DNA of 64,000 nucleotides from Carcharhinus longimanus (GCA_030264375.1 JASCQW010000027.1:60571387-60635386); one strand, 5' to 3'. Shown: positions 25,000 through 39,353, counted from the stretch's first letter. Program-made: numbers and translations. Notes: a model not told the origin generated them from the sequence alone.

Positions 25000-27590
25000 A
25001 GTTTAAGTATTGAAGTAAGAATGGAAGATAAAAATCTGGAGTAATCAAACCAGACTTAACTAAGGTTTTATATTTCTGGAGATTTAGACAATAGTTGAAA
25101 ACCCTGAGGTATCGCAGACCATCTCAGACCTGTCAAATGTGCATCCTATTCCACATGAGAACTCCAGGATGCTTATTGTATCTGGGACAACTACATCTGC
25201 AGATGGTGTCATCAGATGGAGGATCCTGGGCTCCACATTTTGAAGCCTGAGCATTAGTAGACATCACTGTGGTACATCAGCAAGGCCACATGGATAGAAT
25301 TTTTCTGAAGGTGGTTACCCAGCGGCTTAAGAGTGCACAGAGCGAGAATGTACAACTACTAGATAGACAAGGAGGACTGAACAGATCATGCAAGGATCCT
25401 TTGACTGCATCTTGCTGTCCAACAAATATTCAGTTCTGAATAATTTGAAAGTGATGGTTCCCCCTGGGGAAAACATCCAAAGCCAAGTCCAAAAATGATT
25501 TTGCAGCAGAATAGGAAGAAGGATAGAAACATTGTTGTGATAGAGGATTCTACACTGAGAGGAGCAGACAAGTATATCTGCACTTAGAGACCTGATTCCA
25601 GATTAGTATGTTTTCTTCTTGGTGTCAGGATCAAGGTAATCACTGATTTGTATAAGGTCACTTGAGGGGATTGAATGATCAGCCAGAGGTAATGGTCAGT
25701 AAGATGAGATGGAAAGAGGGATTAACTCCTGCACAATGATTATTAGCAAGCTGAAACATAAATTAAAAAGCAGGAACTCAACTGTAGCAATTTCTGGATT
25801 AGTCCAGACGCCACGTGCCAGCACGTACAGAAACATGAGAATAGTGCAAATGAAAGGGTGGTTGGTGAAATGGGCCAGGGAAGAACTGTTATCCCATGTG
25901 AATATGTTTGCTGTTGTTGGGAAGGATTTAAACTCGCATGGCAGAGGGATGAGAATGAGTATGGATTCAGAACAGGGAAGCAAAGCTGAAGATAATAGTT
26001 CAGAAATTCAGTAAGGGAGTATTGAAGGCAGAGGAAATCAAGGTTGAAGATTAGACAAGGTGATGAATGGCATCTACTTCAGTGCAACAGGCTGTATATA
26101 ATACAGTCCTGTCAGTGAGTTTGAAGGCAGCGAGAAGGCTTGTTAAATCCGGTAGGTAGCCTCACCACTGCTTGCCCACCCATCCCTGCCCTCATTGCAG
26201 TTATATAAGCAGTATGTGGTATTGTGTTGCCCATCTGCCAGTGAGCCAACTGAGGCCCATTTAATGGCCACAATGGCCTTATCCGACCACCTCCGGGGAA
26301 AGCTCCATACCAGTGCCCAACCCAGCATGTTTTCCTGTGTGGGCTGCTGGTGGGCCCTTCAATATTGGCCTCTTGCACTAAAGCAGAGGACCCCTCCTAA
26401 GGAATTACCTCACCAGAGTTTGCCCTCTCCCCACTGGCCTCTAAAATTCTCAACTCCTGACCTCCTCACCAGCAACTGCCAAATTTGGCACCCAAAGAAA
26501 TACCGAAACATTGGTCCAAATCCAGATCCAATGATGCATACTTCTATATTGGAGAATGTTGGAGAACTATTGGCCTCTGGCCAACAGCTCTCTGAGGTGA
26601 AACTTCCTGTTCCTGGAAATTTGTGAAAATTTTGTCTTCATCCTATTAATGGCCAATTGGTCATTAAATAGCTATGCAGCAGCTGGTGTTCCTTTCATGT
26701 GTTTGCAGGAAACCTGGAGCTTCATATAATTCAGCTCAAGGCTGAATAAGGCAGAGGAACTAAAGGCACAGATAGACAGACAGAAGAATGATCTTATAGC
26801 TGTAACTGAAACATGGCACAAAGAAGGTCAGGAAGGGCAGCTCAACATTCCTGTTTTCAGGGTTTAAATAAGAAAATCACAAAAACAATTTGCAATAATA
26901 TAGCACTGTTAATGTATTAAAATGTCCAAAGGCACTTCACAGGAACATTATAAAGTAACATTTGACATTGAGCCAGATAAGGCAATATTAGAACATTTAG
27001 CCAGAAACTTGACCGAAGAGGTAGGATTAGGGAGCCTCTTAGAAGAGAAGTAGAGAAACAAAGAGTTTTAGGGAGAGAATTTCAGAATTTGGGGCCTAGC
27101 TGAAGGCAATATCACCAAATGGTGGAACAATTAAAATTGCAGATTCTCCAGAATTAGATGAGCGCAGATACCTTGATAGGTTGTGAGTCTGGAGGAGCTC
27201 ACAACTGTGAAGAGGGATGACATGCTAGAAAGTTTATCAAATGGGCCGTATGAGTTGATATGAGGAACACAAAAGAGACAAGCATGGTGCTGGGAGAATA
27301 CAGAAGTCAGCAAATAGAAAAACAAATACATTCTGAGAAGTGCAAAAACTATAGGGCATAATAATGGTCGGGGATTTCAACTACCCAAATATTAACTGGG
27401 ATAAAATCAATGAAAGCTGTAGAGGGCAGAATTCTTGAAATACATTTGGGAGAAGATTTTTTAACCAGTATTTAGGAAATCCAACAAGGTTTAACTTTAG
27501 TGAATTAAAGGGTGGAAGGAATTTTCATGGGCAATCATTTTGGTGGTAACAATAATAATTCAGTTAAGCACATAGAGAAGAATAAAAGTT
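25000..27590 (+). mobile_element. Old CR1 LINE: ORF1 esterase and ORF2 endonuclease remnants (interrupted)
   Basis: VVIEDSTLRGAD (~25534), DLIAVTETW (~26790), IMVGDFNYPNINW (~27361). Confidence 0.75.
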
Positions 27591-27719
27591 CTAAAATAAA
27601 AACAAAGTGCTGGAAAAACTCAACAAGTCTGGTGGCATTTGTGAAGAAAGAAGTCTAATATGACTCCTCCACAGAAATGTTTATCCAGCATTTCCGGTTT
27701 TAATTTCAAATTTTTGAAT

Positions 27720-27893
27720 TAATTTATGGGACAAGAACATTGTTGGTCAGGCCAGCATTTATAGCCCGTCCCTCACTACCCTCCATTTCAGAGGGTATTT
27801 GAGAGTCAACCACATTACTGTGGATCTGGAGTTACATGTAAGCCAGACCAGGTAAGGATAACAGATTTCCTTCCTTAAAAGATATTAGCGAAA
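27720..27893 (-). mobile_element. Left half of a split tRNA-headed SINE
   Basis: Aligns with the reverse complement of the intact copy at ~62575-62800. Confidence 0.7.
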
Positions 27894-28004
27894 CATAGAA
27901 CATAGAACATTACAGCGCAGAACAGGCCCTTTGGCCCACGATGTTGCGCCGACCAGTTAAAAAACAATGACCCTCTAACCTAAACCAATCCCTTTTCATC
28001 CATA
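27894..28004 (-). mobile_element. Young CR1-type LINE 3' end, copy A, with (CATAGAA)n tail
   Basis: Tail repeats; 67/68 nt identical to 39354-39421. Confidence 0.85.
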
Positions 28005-29529
28005 TTAGAAAAAGGTACAAGGCTTGAACATAATCCTTTTATTGCAGAGAAAGGTCCCAGCAAATGAATTTATATCACTTCCAACAAGGCTGGATGAACC
28101 ATGTTACAAGCTCAAATAATTATCTTACATTGCTTGTTAGTGTAACTTTTTGGCCCACTTAGGATTGTTCAGCAAGTGCTGCCCAATTGCAGAATCATGT
28201 AATGTTTGGTTTTGAGTTTTGCAAATGCAGGCTGGTTTAGTATGGCCTGTGCTCTGCCTATTACAAACAGCTGAGGGAAAACACTGTTTCCTTCAATCAA
28301 CCTATTGTTGGGACATATGGCTGGCATATCTGGCACCGCATCAGCACTGACCTGGCATTGCTTCAGAAAATGACTCCGTTTAGCAATATCGACCACTCTT
28401 TATTCTAAATTCATACATAGACAGATACATTCTATTTCTTCCTGCTGAAATATCATTGGCCACATCGGCTCTGTTCTTGCCTCTTACATCTGTCTAATCG
28501 TTTTACAAGGCAACAAGCAGGGCACGGCGGCCTGACAATGACCACAGCGGACAGTCTGGGAGCCGGGGCAACCCTGCCACTGCCATCAGGAACTATGGCT
28601 GCAAATTTCCATCCTGTCCAAAGTCAATGTATGTTCAGCTGGTCTGTCAAATTTTTAACCCCCCTCTCAATATTTTCTACTGTGGGTGGGATGGGAGAAT
28701 CCCAGCCTTTGGTTGTGAGGAAAGGTTTTCATGTTAACTAGTTTTCCTGCAGTAGTGAAGACTGAGCAGAGATAGTGGGGATTTTTAATGTTGCAAAAAT
28801 GTTTGGAAACACTGAATAGGCAAATAATATTTATATATTTTGGTGGGAATCAGTTGCAAGCCATGCGTTTACAATGGCCATTAAGAAAATGAGGAGAAAA
28901 GTGAGGACAAATTTATTTCCAGAGAGTATCGATGGAACATTTAATGTTCACAGAACCATGGGGCAAAGAAGGGGGTTATTATGCCTGTGCTGGAATTTTG
29001 AAAGAACAATTCAGTTAGTTCCATTATCTTAATTTCTTCCCCAGTGAGCAAAAGGCAAAGTTGCCATCGTCCCAGCTGACTATAGCCTACTTTCCCCTTT
29101 GAGTGGAAGAGTTGACTGATGGTGATTTATTCTGAGGGTCACCACACCTCAGGTGAGGCCATAAAGAGGGTAAAATGGATCAACACTTGAAGCAAAGCAG
29201 GTACCATGTTCAGGAGTGAGAGCAGGGCATGTGTTTAAGTTTAGCTTAACAAAGAGCTGGCACATAAGGAGAAGCAGACTTCTTTTATGCTGCAGACATC
29301 TATATGGTGCAAACATCAAACCATTATTGAGCAAGGAATGGAAAAAGCTTTCCTGAGCCTGGCTCGATATGGAAAATGTAAATGCACAATATATTGCACT
29401 CTTGCAGCTGAACCAAATATATACAATTTCAAATCATTTTTTAAGAAATCAGTAAAGCAATTTGGCATCAATAGTGTGAGCACTTAGAAAAGGTCATACT
29501 GCTTGACATCCGATGAAGCAGAACTACAG

Positions 29530-31810
29530 CTGGCTCTTTATACTTTAGTGGAGTGAAAGGCAGAGTTAACATTTCAAACCCAATCTTACTCCTCACTGGA
29601 ACATCGAAATTCTGAAGAAAATTCATATTGAACTCTGTTTCTCACTCTACAGAGATACAAGATCAGCTGTGTTTTACCAGCAATTTTTGTTTTTATTCCC
29701 GATTTCCAGCATCCACAGTATCTCGCTTTTAACTTTATGCTTTGAATTGTTTTAAAGCTTCTCAGTGGCCTTGCTGCCCTCTTTTTCCATCCTTACTGCT
29801 TGAAGAGAGACACCTGTCTGTCCACCTCACAGTCCTCCAACTCAAAAGAGCCCGCTTCTACCTCCTTCCCAAAATCCACTAACAGGACTGTCTTGGCAGG
29901 CTCATCATCTCAGCCTGTTCCTGCTCAACTGAACTTATCTCTTCTAGTCTCTCCCCACCTATGTCTAAGACTTGTCCGATGCTCACAGTCATAGCAACAA
30001 TTTCCAGTTTCTTGTCCCTAATTGCTTCCTCTTTACTATGGACATCCATACCCTCTAAACCTCCACCCCCACCAGGATGGTCTGAGGGCACTTTGCTTCT
30101 TCCTAGAATGCAGGCCTGAAATTCCCCACCTAACACCACCCTCCTCTAACTGGGAACACTTGTTTTCTCACTGAAAACAATTCTCCTTTAATTTCACTCA
30201 CTTCTTCCAAATAAAATATGTTATCATGGGTAGCTGCATGGATCCCAGTTATGCCTGTCTTTTTGTGGAGAATGTGGAACATTCACCCGGAACTGGAGAA
30301 CTTCAGCAACTTGGTTTTGAATTTCCCTCAACTTCACACGATCCATCTCTGACACTTCCCTTCCCGTCTTTGATTTCCTTTTCACTATTTCTGGGGAAAA
30401 AAGCTGTTTACTAATTTTAATTATAAGCTCAATGGCTCCAACAGCTTACCTCAACTATTCATATGCTGTTTCATGTAAGGACTCTATTCCATTTGCCCAG
30501 TTTCTCCATCTCCATTGCAACCATTCTGATGACACAACAGTGCTGCAGATGTCTTTCACTTAACTCAACTGAGGATTCCACTGCCCTCCACCACCACCAC
30601 CACCACCACGACAGCTGCACTGTGGTCGATAGAGTCCTCAACCACACATGCCCGAGCCATTTTTTGTACTTTTGCCCTTACCCCTGCCCCTCCTTCCCAG
30701 GACCACAACTGGGTCACTTTTCTCTTCACTTTCTATCCCACCAGCCTTCACATTCGAAGGATCTCCTCTGCCATTTCTGTTCCCTCCAGCCAACACCAAA
30801 CACATCTTCCCACCGCCTCCCCTGGCAGAATTCTGAAGATTATTCCTTCCTTAACAATCCGGTGTATCCCTCAATCGCCCTCAGCACCTCGCCCCTTTCT
30901 CATTCCATTTTCTAATACAATTGCAGTAGGTATTACCTGCCCTTTTACCTTTCACTCCTCACCATCCAAAGCCCCAAACATTCCTTCCACATGAAGCAGT
31001 GATTTACTTGAATTTCTTTCAATCAAATCTGCTGAATTTGCTGTTCAAATTGAAGTCTCTGGTACCTCAGAGAGACCAAACACAGATTTGATGAGCACTT
31101 TGCTGAACACTCCACTCAGTGTTCCTGCTTCCACCCCTGGGACACACAGATACGATGGTGTCATTTAAGGGGCAACTAGACAAATAATGAATGGAATGAT
31201 ACGACTCCGTAAGTGCATACAGTTTTAGTTCAGAGGGGCACCATGATCAGCGCAGGCTTGGAGGGCCAAAGGAGTTGTTCCTGTAATCCATTCTTTGTTC
31301 TTTGAGGTGTCCTCAGCATACCCTCTAATTCTATATTTTACTCTTGTTCAATGCTTTCAAATTATACTCTAAATCTTTCAAAATCTCTAATAATGCTGCA
31401 CTGTATTCTGCACCCTCTGCTTTCCTCCTCCGCTATGGACCCTATGAACAGTATGCTTTGTCTGTTTGGCGTGCAAGCAGCAATACTTGTCATTGTATCC
31501 CAACATACATGACAATAATAAATCAAATCAAATCAAAATTTCATCTCTCCCTTTTCCCTAACCCAGACCTTCCTTTTTGTTCTCCCTCCACCTCCCCCAT
31601 GTCAACAGCACAAAACCTATCACATTTCCACCATCTGTGGAAGGAGGAGGAGCTGATGTCTTGAATCGAACATGATTCTTCGCTTCCAAAGCAGAGTCAT
31701 ACCTGACTCGAAACATCAACTCCATTCCTTTTTCTGTAGATGCTGAGATTTCCAGTACTTTGGTTTTTTCAAAATCTCAGACACCCATTATTGGCAGTAT
31801 TTTGCTTTCA
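29530..31810 (+). mobile_element. Degenerate Penelope-like element (RT + GIY-YIG remnants, terminal repeat pieces)
   Basis: MGSCMDPSYACLFVENVEHS (RT); YLRETKHRFDEHFAEH at ~31063 (GIY-YIG YIGET-like); ccagcatc..cagta terminal motif. Confidence 0.8.
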
Positions 31811-32559
31811 TTTCTCCGATCCGTTAGCTGTTCCGAAATTCTGCCTGCAGGCTGAAATCAGAGTCAGAGTCTGACTCTGACTCTGACTCTGGGGGGAGGA
31901 AGCGGCAAGCTGAGTGAGGTGAGTGGCCACTATAACCATAGCTTCTCACTCATACTGCACTCTCGAGTTAGTCTCAACACTAATCATGCGTTAGCACTCA
32001 CACTGCACATTGGAGTTAGTCTCAATGCTGTGTCAATTACAAAAATATGATATAACTGAGGGATGAAGCACTATAGCTGAGGAGAAACTATTTGAACTCG
32101 ACACTGAACATGCCAAGCAGAAAGAAGTTTATTCATTGCCCAGCAATGTATCAATTTGCTCCCTTCCAAAAATAAATCAATCAGAGTTGTACTTATTGGT
32201 AGGGTGGGGGCATGTAATTGCCTTGAATTTGGAACTAAAGTATGTTTTTAACATTTTATGAGCTGCATGACATGTTTTTCTTTTCCTCCTTGCCAAGAAA
32301 TTGCTCAGAGCATTTTATAAGTTTGGAGATTAACAATGTTTTGGATGGGGGAATCGTAAACTATCCACAATGTTTTTCTTAAAGAATTGGAATCTGTTAT
32401 ATTCAATGTGTACTCTCATTTCTATGACAATCGTCATCAAAACAAGCCTTTGACTGACTTTTAAGCAGGATGTTTTTAATGACAGAACTGTAAGGGAAAA
32501 ATAGAAAATGTGAGCCTCAAAATCTTTGTGGGTTAGTCTAAATCAACAACTGCATTAAT

Positions 32560-32727
32560 ATAGAAACATAGATGATAGGAGCAGGAGGAGGCCATTTGGC
32601 CCTTCAAGTCTGCTCCTCCATTCATTACAATCATAGCTGATCATCCAACTCAATAGCCTAATCCTACTTTCTCGCCATAACATTTGATCCCATTCACCCC
32701 AAGTGCCATATCCAGTCACCTCTTGAA
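32560..32727 (-). mobile_element. CR1 LINE 3' end
   Basis: atagaaacatag tail + ggagcaggaggaggccatttggccc. Confidence 0.8.
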
Positions 32728-32827
32728 TACTAGTGTTAAGTAGTAACTTAGACATTAAGGAAGATTCCTCCTAATCCTTCTACATGCGCACCTTTACCTG
32801 GGCAAGTAAGCCTATTTCTGCATAAAA

Positions 32828-33126
32828 TCATAGAATCACTACAGTACAGAAGGAGGCCATTAGGCCCATTGAGCCTACATCGACAACAATCCTACCCAGC
32901 CTATCCCGGTAACCTGTGTTTACCCCATTAATCTCCCTGACACTAGCAGTTTTGCTTGGCCAATCCACCTAACCCGCAAATTTTTTGACTGTGGGAGGAA
33001 ACCAGAGCACCCAGAGGAAACCCACACAGACATGGGGAGAATGTGCAAACTCCACACAGGCAGTGACCCAAGGCTGGAATTGAACACGGGTCCCTTGAGG
33101 CAGCAGTGCTAACCACTGTGCTGCCA
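32828..33126 (-). mobile_element. HE1-like SINE
   Basis: Head/body/tail match the other copies. Confidence 0.88.
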
Positions 33127-33641
33127 TATCACTTGCATAATTACATTTCACATATAAAATCCTAACCTTTTAATCTAGAAAGGAAACATTTGATACAAAC
33201 ACTGGCTGAACTTAAAGGTAGCCAGTGAAATTGCAGAATATTTATCCATTCCCATTTCTCTTCTTGCTATTGCCATTTGTACTCTACATGTCTCGCTCAT
33301 TTTCTCTATTGACTCCTCTCCCAATCCAAGCATCATTTTCTAGAGGGTGTTTAATGATTTCATTCTATAGATTTTTTAAAATCTGAAATGCAGATGGAGG
33401 GTCATATTCATTAATATAGAATACCAAAGCCGAATTGAGTAGGAAAGAGCCTAAGGTAAATAATCCCCCTTGGATCGAAACCAGTTACCACGCAGCCATT
33501 CAGTGTGAAAAAAAAATTCAAGTAATGATACTCTGCAAAGAGACCCAAGCTTGAATCCTAGAGTGAACTGACAACTGATCTCTTCAGAGAAGATCACATC
33601 ACAGAATCCCTACACTACAGAAAAAGGCCATTCTGCCCAAT

Positions 33642-34441
33642 GGGCCCTATTTTACCATTTTGATTCGAAGTGCTGGGCGGACTTGAAACTAAGAGTGTTT
33701 CAGGCCCGACTTTTAGACCCGTTCTCAGGCGCCCCCATAAGCCTTCTGCCTGGAAAAATATCAGCGATTCCAAATCGAGCGGCAAAGGCCCATGGGCAGG
33801 GTTTAACATGCCCAAAACTCTACACCTCCAACTGCGCATGCACAGAAAAAACGTGATAGAATGTAGCTTCCCTCCCAGGCTGGATAATGCCTCCTCAAAC
33901 CCCACAGACATTGCCCCATCTCCACAATATTACTGACCCCACAATATTATCCTCCCACCCCCCCATCATCCAGACCTATCACGGCCCCTCCCCGATCTCA
34001 GGCAGAGTGACAGCGGACCTCCCTTCCTCCCCCACTGATCTCAGGCAAAGTGGCAGCCCCCTTCCCTCCCCCCAACTGATCTCAAGCAGAGAACCGTCGA
34101 ATGCTCGGCACCCACCTCCTCACTAACTGGAGCGTCCAAATCGGACTTTTATGGAGCATGTCGGTTTCGCACTGATTTTGGATGGATGAAGGCGTTGGTA
34201 AAGGGGGAGGTGCCGGTAAAGTTGGGTATGCCACCCACTGAGTCAATTTAAATGCATGCAAATGCCTTTAAATGGCCGTTGCACCCATTTCAGGCACTTT
34301 CCCGATCGCAGACATTTTCAGGTCTTGGTAAATGGGGAACCAGCATGGAGGTGGGCACGGTTCGCGCTATACACCTCAAGCCTGACTTTATCAAACTTTC
34401 ATTCCCGAAAACAGGTGCAATGCGATGGTAAAATCGGGCCC
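33642..34441. mobile_element. Non-autonomous DNA transposon (MITE, PIF/Harbinger-like termini) inserted into a SINE
   Basis: 17-bp TIRs GGGCCC(T/G)ATTTTACCAT, 16/17 match; SINE sequence resumes on both sides. Confidence 0.8.
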
Positions 34442-34710
34442 ATCGAGTCTGCACTGACCACAATCCCACCCAAGGCCTATTCCCATAACTCTCATTTACC
34501 CTACTAACCCCTGACACTGGGGTTAATTTAACATGGCCAATCAACTTAACTTGCATATCTTTGGAGTGTGGGAGGAAACCAGAGCACCCAGAGCAAACCC
34601 ACACTGACACGGGGAGAACATGCAGACCCCACACGGTGACGGAAGGCTGGAATTGAACCCAGGTCCCTGGTGCTGTGAGGCAGCAGTGCAAACCATTGCA
34701 CCACCGTGCC
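34442..34710 (-). mobile_element. HE1-like SINE (tail remnant at ~33600-33641)
   Basis: Head GGCACGGTGGTGCAATGGTT, B-box GGGTTCAATTCC on - strand. Confidence 0.85.
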
Positions 34711-35706
34711 AACCTAACTTCTTTCCAAAGTCAGTGTCGTCAGTATTGATCAGGTGTAGCCACTCGCAAATGCACATTGCATGGGAATAACAGAAAAGAT
34801 AGACAAAGGTTCCTAACTCAGTCAACGCTTCAGAGAACCCAACACTAGCTCCGTGCAGAGCTCCACAGATATCCACAGCATACCACAGCCACAATCCATG
34901 AACTCACCTGCTAAGGAGAGGCAAGTTACCAAACTGAAGCTGCAAGCTAACAGTTCACGTTGTGGTCATCACACAGCCTATCACGTTTCTCATTAGCCCA
35001 TGACAAAATCGAAAGCAACTGAGTGAGCGGGTGAGAGAGAGAGAGGAGAGGAGAATGTGAGAAATAAAAAACGAGAAAAGACATGGAAATGGGAGGAAAA
35101 ACGCATACAGCAGCAGACAGATGGGGAAGCACAGCAGACAGGGAAAAGGGCAGGAAAGTGAAAGCACAACAGAAACAACTGAAGCTTTAGTATTGACTGT
35201 GGTGTAAAAAAATTCTCTGCCTAAAAATGAACTTAGAGGGTCTTTCTAGAAGCCTTGGCAGAGAACAGTGTGCTCTTTGGTTTGCTTCTACATGCCATGT
35301 TTTTCCAAGCTATCAAAAAAATGTAATTCAACAAGTGAAGAAACCACTTCCAAAAGCAGACACACTCTGCAGCTTTGGAAACATAAATACTTACCTGCAT
35401 TCATTAAATCATGTGTCACCTGTGAAATGCTGCGTCTGAAATAACAGTTGAATGTACAGAGCCACAAGAGAGGTCTTTATTTGCAGTGTTTGCCAACTAA
35501 AACTTGGACTAAGAAACTGAAATCTTTATTTGCACGAAGGTTAAAATTATTTAATTATATGTTCGTTGTCTGATATTCAAGCTACAATTAACCAAGGTGA
35601 CCAAATTACATTCTGCCAGAATTAAACCATGCTAAGTGCATAAGCATTACACACCCTATACTGTATTTGAGCTTAATGTATCTCACTTGATCTTGGGCAT
35701 CTTAAA

Positions 35707-36047
35707 ATGAATGTTTCTGAATCATGGGTGAGTCCAAAGCTAGGGGCCATAGTTTGAGGATAAGGGGTAAACTTTTAGGACTAGGGTGAGAAAAAATTTC
35801 CTCATTCAGAGAGTGGCGAATCTGTGGAATTCACTACCACAGAAAGTAGCTAAGGCCAAAACATTGTGTGATTTCAGAAGAAATTAGATATAGCTTTTGG
35901 GCTAAAGAGATCAAGAGATATGGAGGGGAAGAGGGGGTTCAGGACATTGAATTTGATGACCAGTTTTGATCATAATGGATGGTGGAGAAGGCTTGAAGGG
36001 CTGAATGATCTACTCTATTTTCCCTGCTTCTATTTCCTATGCTTCTA
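35707..36047 (+). mobile_element. CR1 LINE 3' end
   Basis: Similar to 23393-23760. Confidence 0.85.
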
Positions 36048-39000
36048 TCTTTTGCAATGTAACATAGAAATAAATATGGAAAGGACATAGGGGAAAATGG
36101 GGAAAACTGTGTTTTCTGAAATTAGATGTCTGAAGCTGATGGGTTGGGTTAAGACGGAGAACACAACACCATCAAAAGGAAACTAAACAGTCAAGGTGCT
36201 GGAAGATCACTATATGATGGCCTGAGGCATTTTATTGTGATTTTAGTTCAGCAGATCTCACCCTTTCTCTGTGTTGTTTTGCCGACTTCTAGGTATCAAA
36301 ATGAGTTCGCTACAAGATTTTGTGAAAGAGAATCATACATGCCAATAAAGCTCATCACCACTGATCAGGCACATTAGCAAAAACCATCAAGTGTGCTAAA
36401 TCAGGTGAAGGAAAGGTTTTAATAGGCCACAGTCCTTAGCTTTACAGAGAAAACAAAGCACGTACATTCAAGTGTCACCTGAATGGTCCTTGCACGCATG
36501 GGCAATCTCATGCCGTGACAAGGGTGCTAGCATGCACTGACAGGAAGGAATGCTTTGTCACACAGCACTGCATGAGAGGAATCAGGGGCCGGATTAAGAC
36601 ATAAAAACTGTGCCAAAACAATTCAAAGGGATTATCTTTTGTAATACAAGAAAACTGAAATGAATTAACCCTTTTGGCATCTAGGCCTTTAAAATAAGCT
36701 TCATACAGTTTCTGCAAACAAGGTCACCTCAGAGAAAAGATTAATGGCCTGAATATTGAAGGAAGTGTTGATAATAAAAGTATGACTTTTTTCCTAAACA
36801 CATTATGGCATAGGCTCATCTTTAGGGTTAAAGACTACAACTCAGTGTATAAAATATCTCATGTTAAAACAAACCACAAGAAAGTTTTATGCTCTGGATA
36901 GGAATAAGATTTTTGAATTAAATTTATTATCTCCAAAGAATATTAAAATTGGTGCAAATTGCGATGGAAAAGTGACATTTTTATAGAGGTAGAGTTTGAC
37001 TATATTAAATAAAAATGCAATTTTAAGTGTGTAACCTTATTGCCAAATCAGACAAATGGGCTGAACTTCTCTGGTTGCTCAAGCCGGTGGGATTCTCTGG
37101 TCCTGCTGGCAGCAAACTCCTGCCCGTGAGTTTCCCGCCGGTGTGGGGTAACATCAATGGGAATTCCCATTGACAGCAGCGGAACCAAAAAATCCCACAG
37201 CTAGCAAACAACGTGCCACCTCTCACCAGCGGGAAACATGTAGCTGAAGAGCAGAGAATGTCACCTCTGATTTTTGTTAAAGCCCTGTTCATTTTTCTGG
37301 AATTCAAGAAGTGTAGAATATTTTCAGTGATAGATTACATCCTTACTTTAAATGGCCCAGATATATGCTAGCTTTTGTATCAATACAATGGTGAGGGCGT
37401 TAAATCACTAATGAGGAAAGTCAAAATTGGTTCAGTGGTGTGACCTTGAGGAGATGGTCTAACTGCTGCATTGTATGCAGAGTGACAGAAAAACAAAACA
37501 AATTTTGGAAAGGTTAGGGTCCTTGCCAGTCTTAATTATGAAATTGCATTTGGATCCCTGCATGCACATCCATGCTTACTGCTTTGAACAGGCATTTGCC
37601 TTTAAAACAACATTGTCAGTATTACTTCCACCCAAAGCAGTAACCAGTCATCTGAATCAGAACTATATCAGAAGCATTAATCTATTTTTGCTGCAGTCAT
37701 ACTTTTTCTTGTTGTCCATTAGTAAAGATGGCAGTGGTGTGAATGTTGTCCTTGTTGGATATTTCTTCCCTGATTAGACTACTACACAAACAGAGCTCAC
37801 TCATCGCAACGTATTGCAGAGGATAAATCCACAAGAGCTAGGAAATGCATTTCCGGCTGTCTGGCAATTCAAGCAAATCATCACTCAGTAAGGACTTCTT
37901 CCAAAGGCCAAATATCTGTGGTATTGCTAGAAATTTTATCCAAAGGGCTGTTCTTTCTAATATACATACATACCAGGCCACACTAATTCATATTTGTATA
38001 TGTGTGAATAATTGTGTTGGTGCATTCGCAAGAGACACAGTTAAGCAAACTGATGTCTTTAACGTATTTAAAGCCATTAAGCTTAAGTCCTAAAGCATCC
38101 TACTGCAAAATATCTGGCCTTCCAATGGTTTCCCTTGAAGAATGACTAATCTTCTGGCCAAAAATGAACTCAAAATCCTCCACTTTCCAAATATTTGTGA
38201 TTCACAGTAGGCAAAGCCAATTAGAGGGGCTTGCTACGGGAGATAGTGTTACAACAATCCCAAATTTTATTGCGATTCCCATGACTACAATTGTGATGAG
38301 GTTATCATGGCAGGTCTTTCTTGCATAATGGGTACTTCTACACAACGTATTTCAGAGAATGGTAGCAGAAGCATCAGAAATGTCAGGTAGTCAGGAATTC
38401 TATTAGAGACCAGTGTGTACCATCGATCTGTCTGTGGTACACACAATATGTTACTCACTGTTACCACTAACATTTCTGATCCATCTAGTGTAAATGTTTC
38501 CCATTGGCAATTACTTACTTCTAAACAGCTGTCCAAACATGACAAAATATCCCAACTAAAATAGCATGAACAAGATTACGAGAGTACAAAAAGTCTAATG
38601 TATGAAAAGAGAACATTAAGCAAAAAGGATTTGTGATGGTTCCGATGCCAGGTTTGAGTTCCAACTGAATAAAGCATGTTTTTGAAGGGACAGTAACCCA
38701 ATCCATTTCAGAGAGCTTGCGGAGAGAAAGTAATAATGAAAGCTACCAGTTGCTTCCTGTCAGTTAGTGGCCAGTTCTACTTTAAGGACAGAGATTAACC
38801 TTTCAAAATGCCAGTGAAGCATTCCAGTCACGTTAACCAGCAGAGGATGGGTTCATTGAGAAAGCCCAGCATTTAGAGAGTTAGTTCATGGAGTCAAAGA
38901 CCTGGCTACTATGTCAGATCACATCGTGAATAGACTTTAATGGGTTATTTTTGTTTCAACTGAATGGTGATATGACTGAGATGAATCAACACTGATTCAA

Positions 39001-39353
39001 AGGAAATCAAGGGCAGAATTTTACTATCCCACATGGATGGGTTTGCCCGTGGGAGGGGCCTATAAAATTATGGTCAATTAATGGTCGCTTTCTGTTCTGG
39101 CTGCAAGGTGGTGCTCTGAGACAGGAGGGTGTCACACACGCATGCTCACACAAATACATACACACATGTACACATGCACAATAAGCATGTGTCCTGTCTT
39201 TTCTGGCATAAGCTTTCTCTCCCTTGAGATAAAGTCTCGTAGTGCTATCTTCTNNNNNNNNNNNNNNNNNNNNNNNNNNNNNNNNNNNNNNNNNNNNNNN
39301 NNNNNNNNNNNNNNNNNNNNNNNNNNNNNNNNNNNNNNNNNNNNNNNNNNNNN

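Noticed and set aside
34720-34900. Possible miRNA hairpin
   Set aside because: No extended stem and no mature miRNA that I recognise
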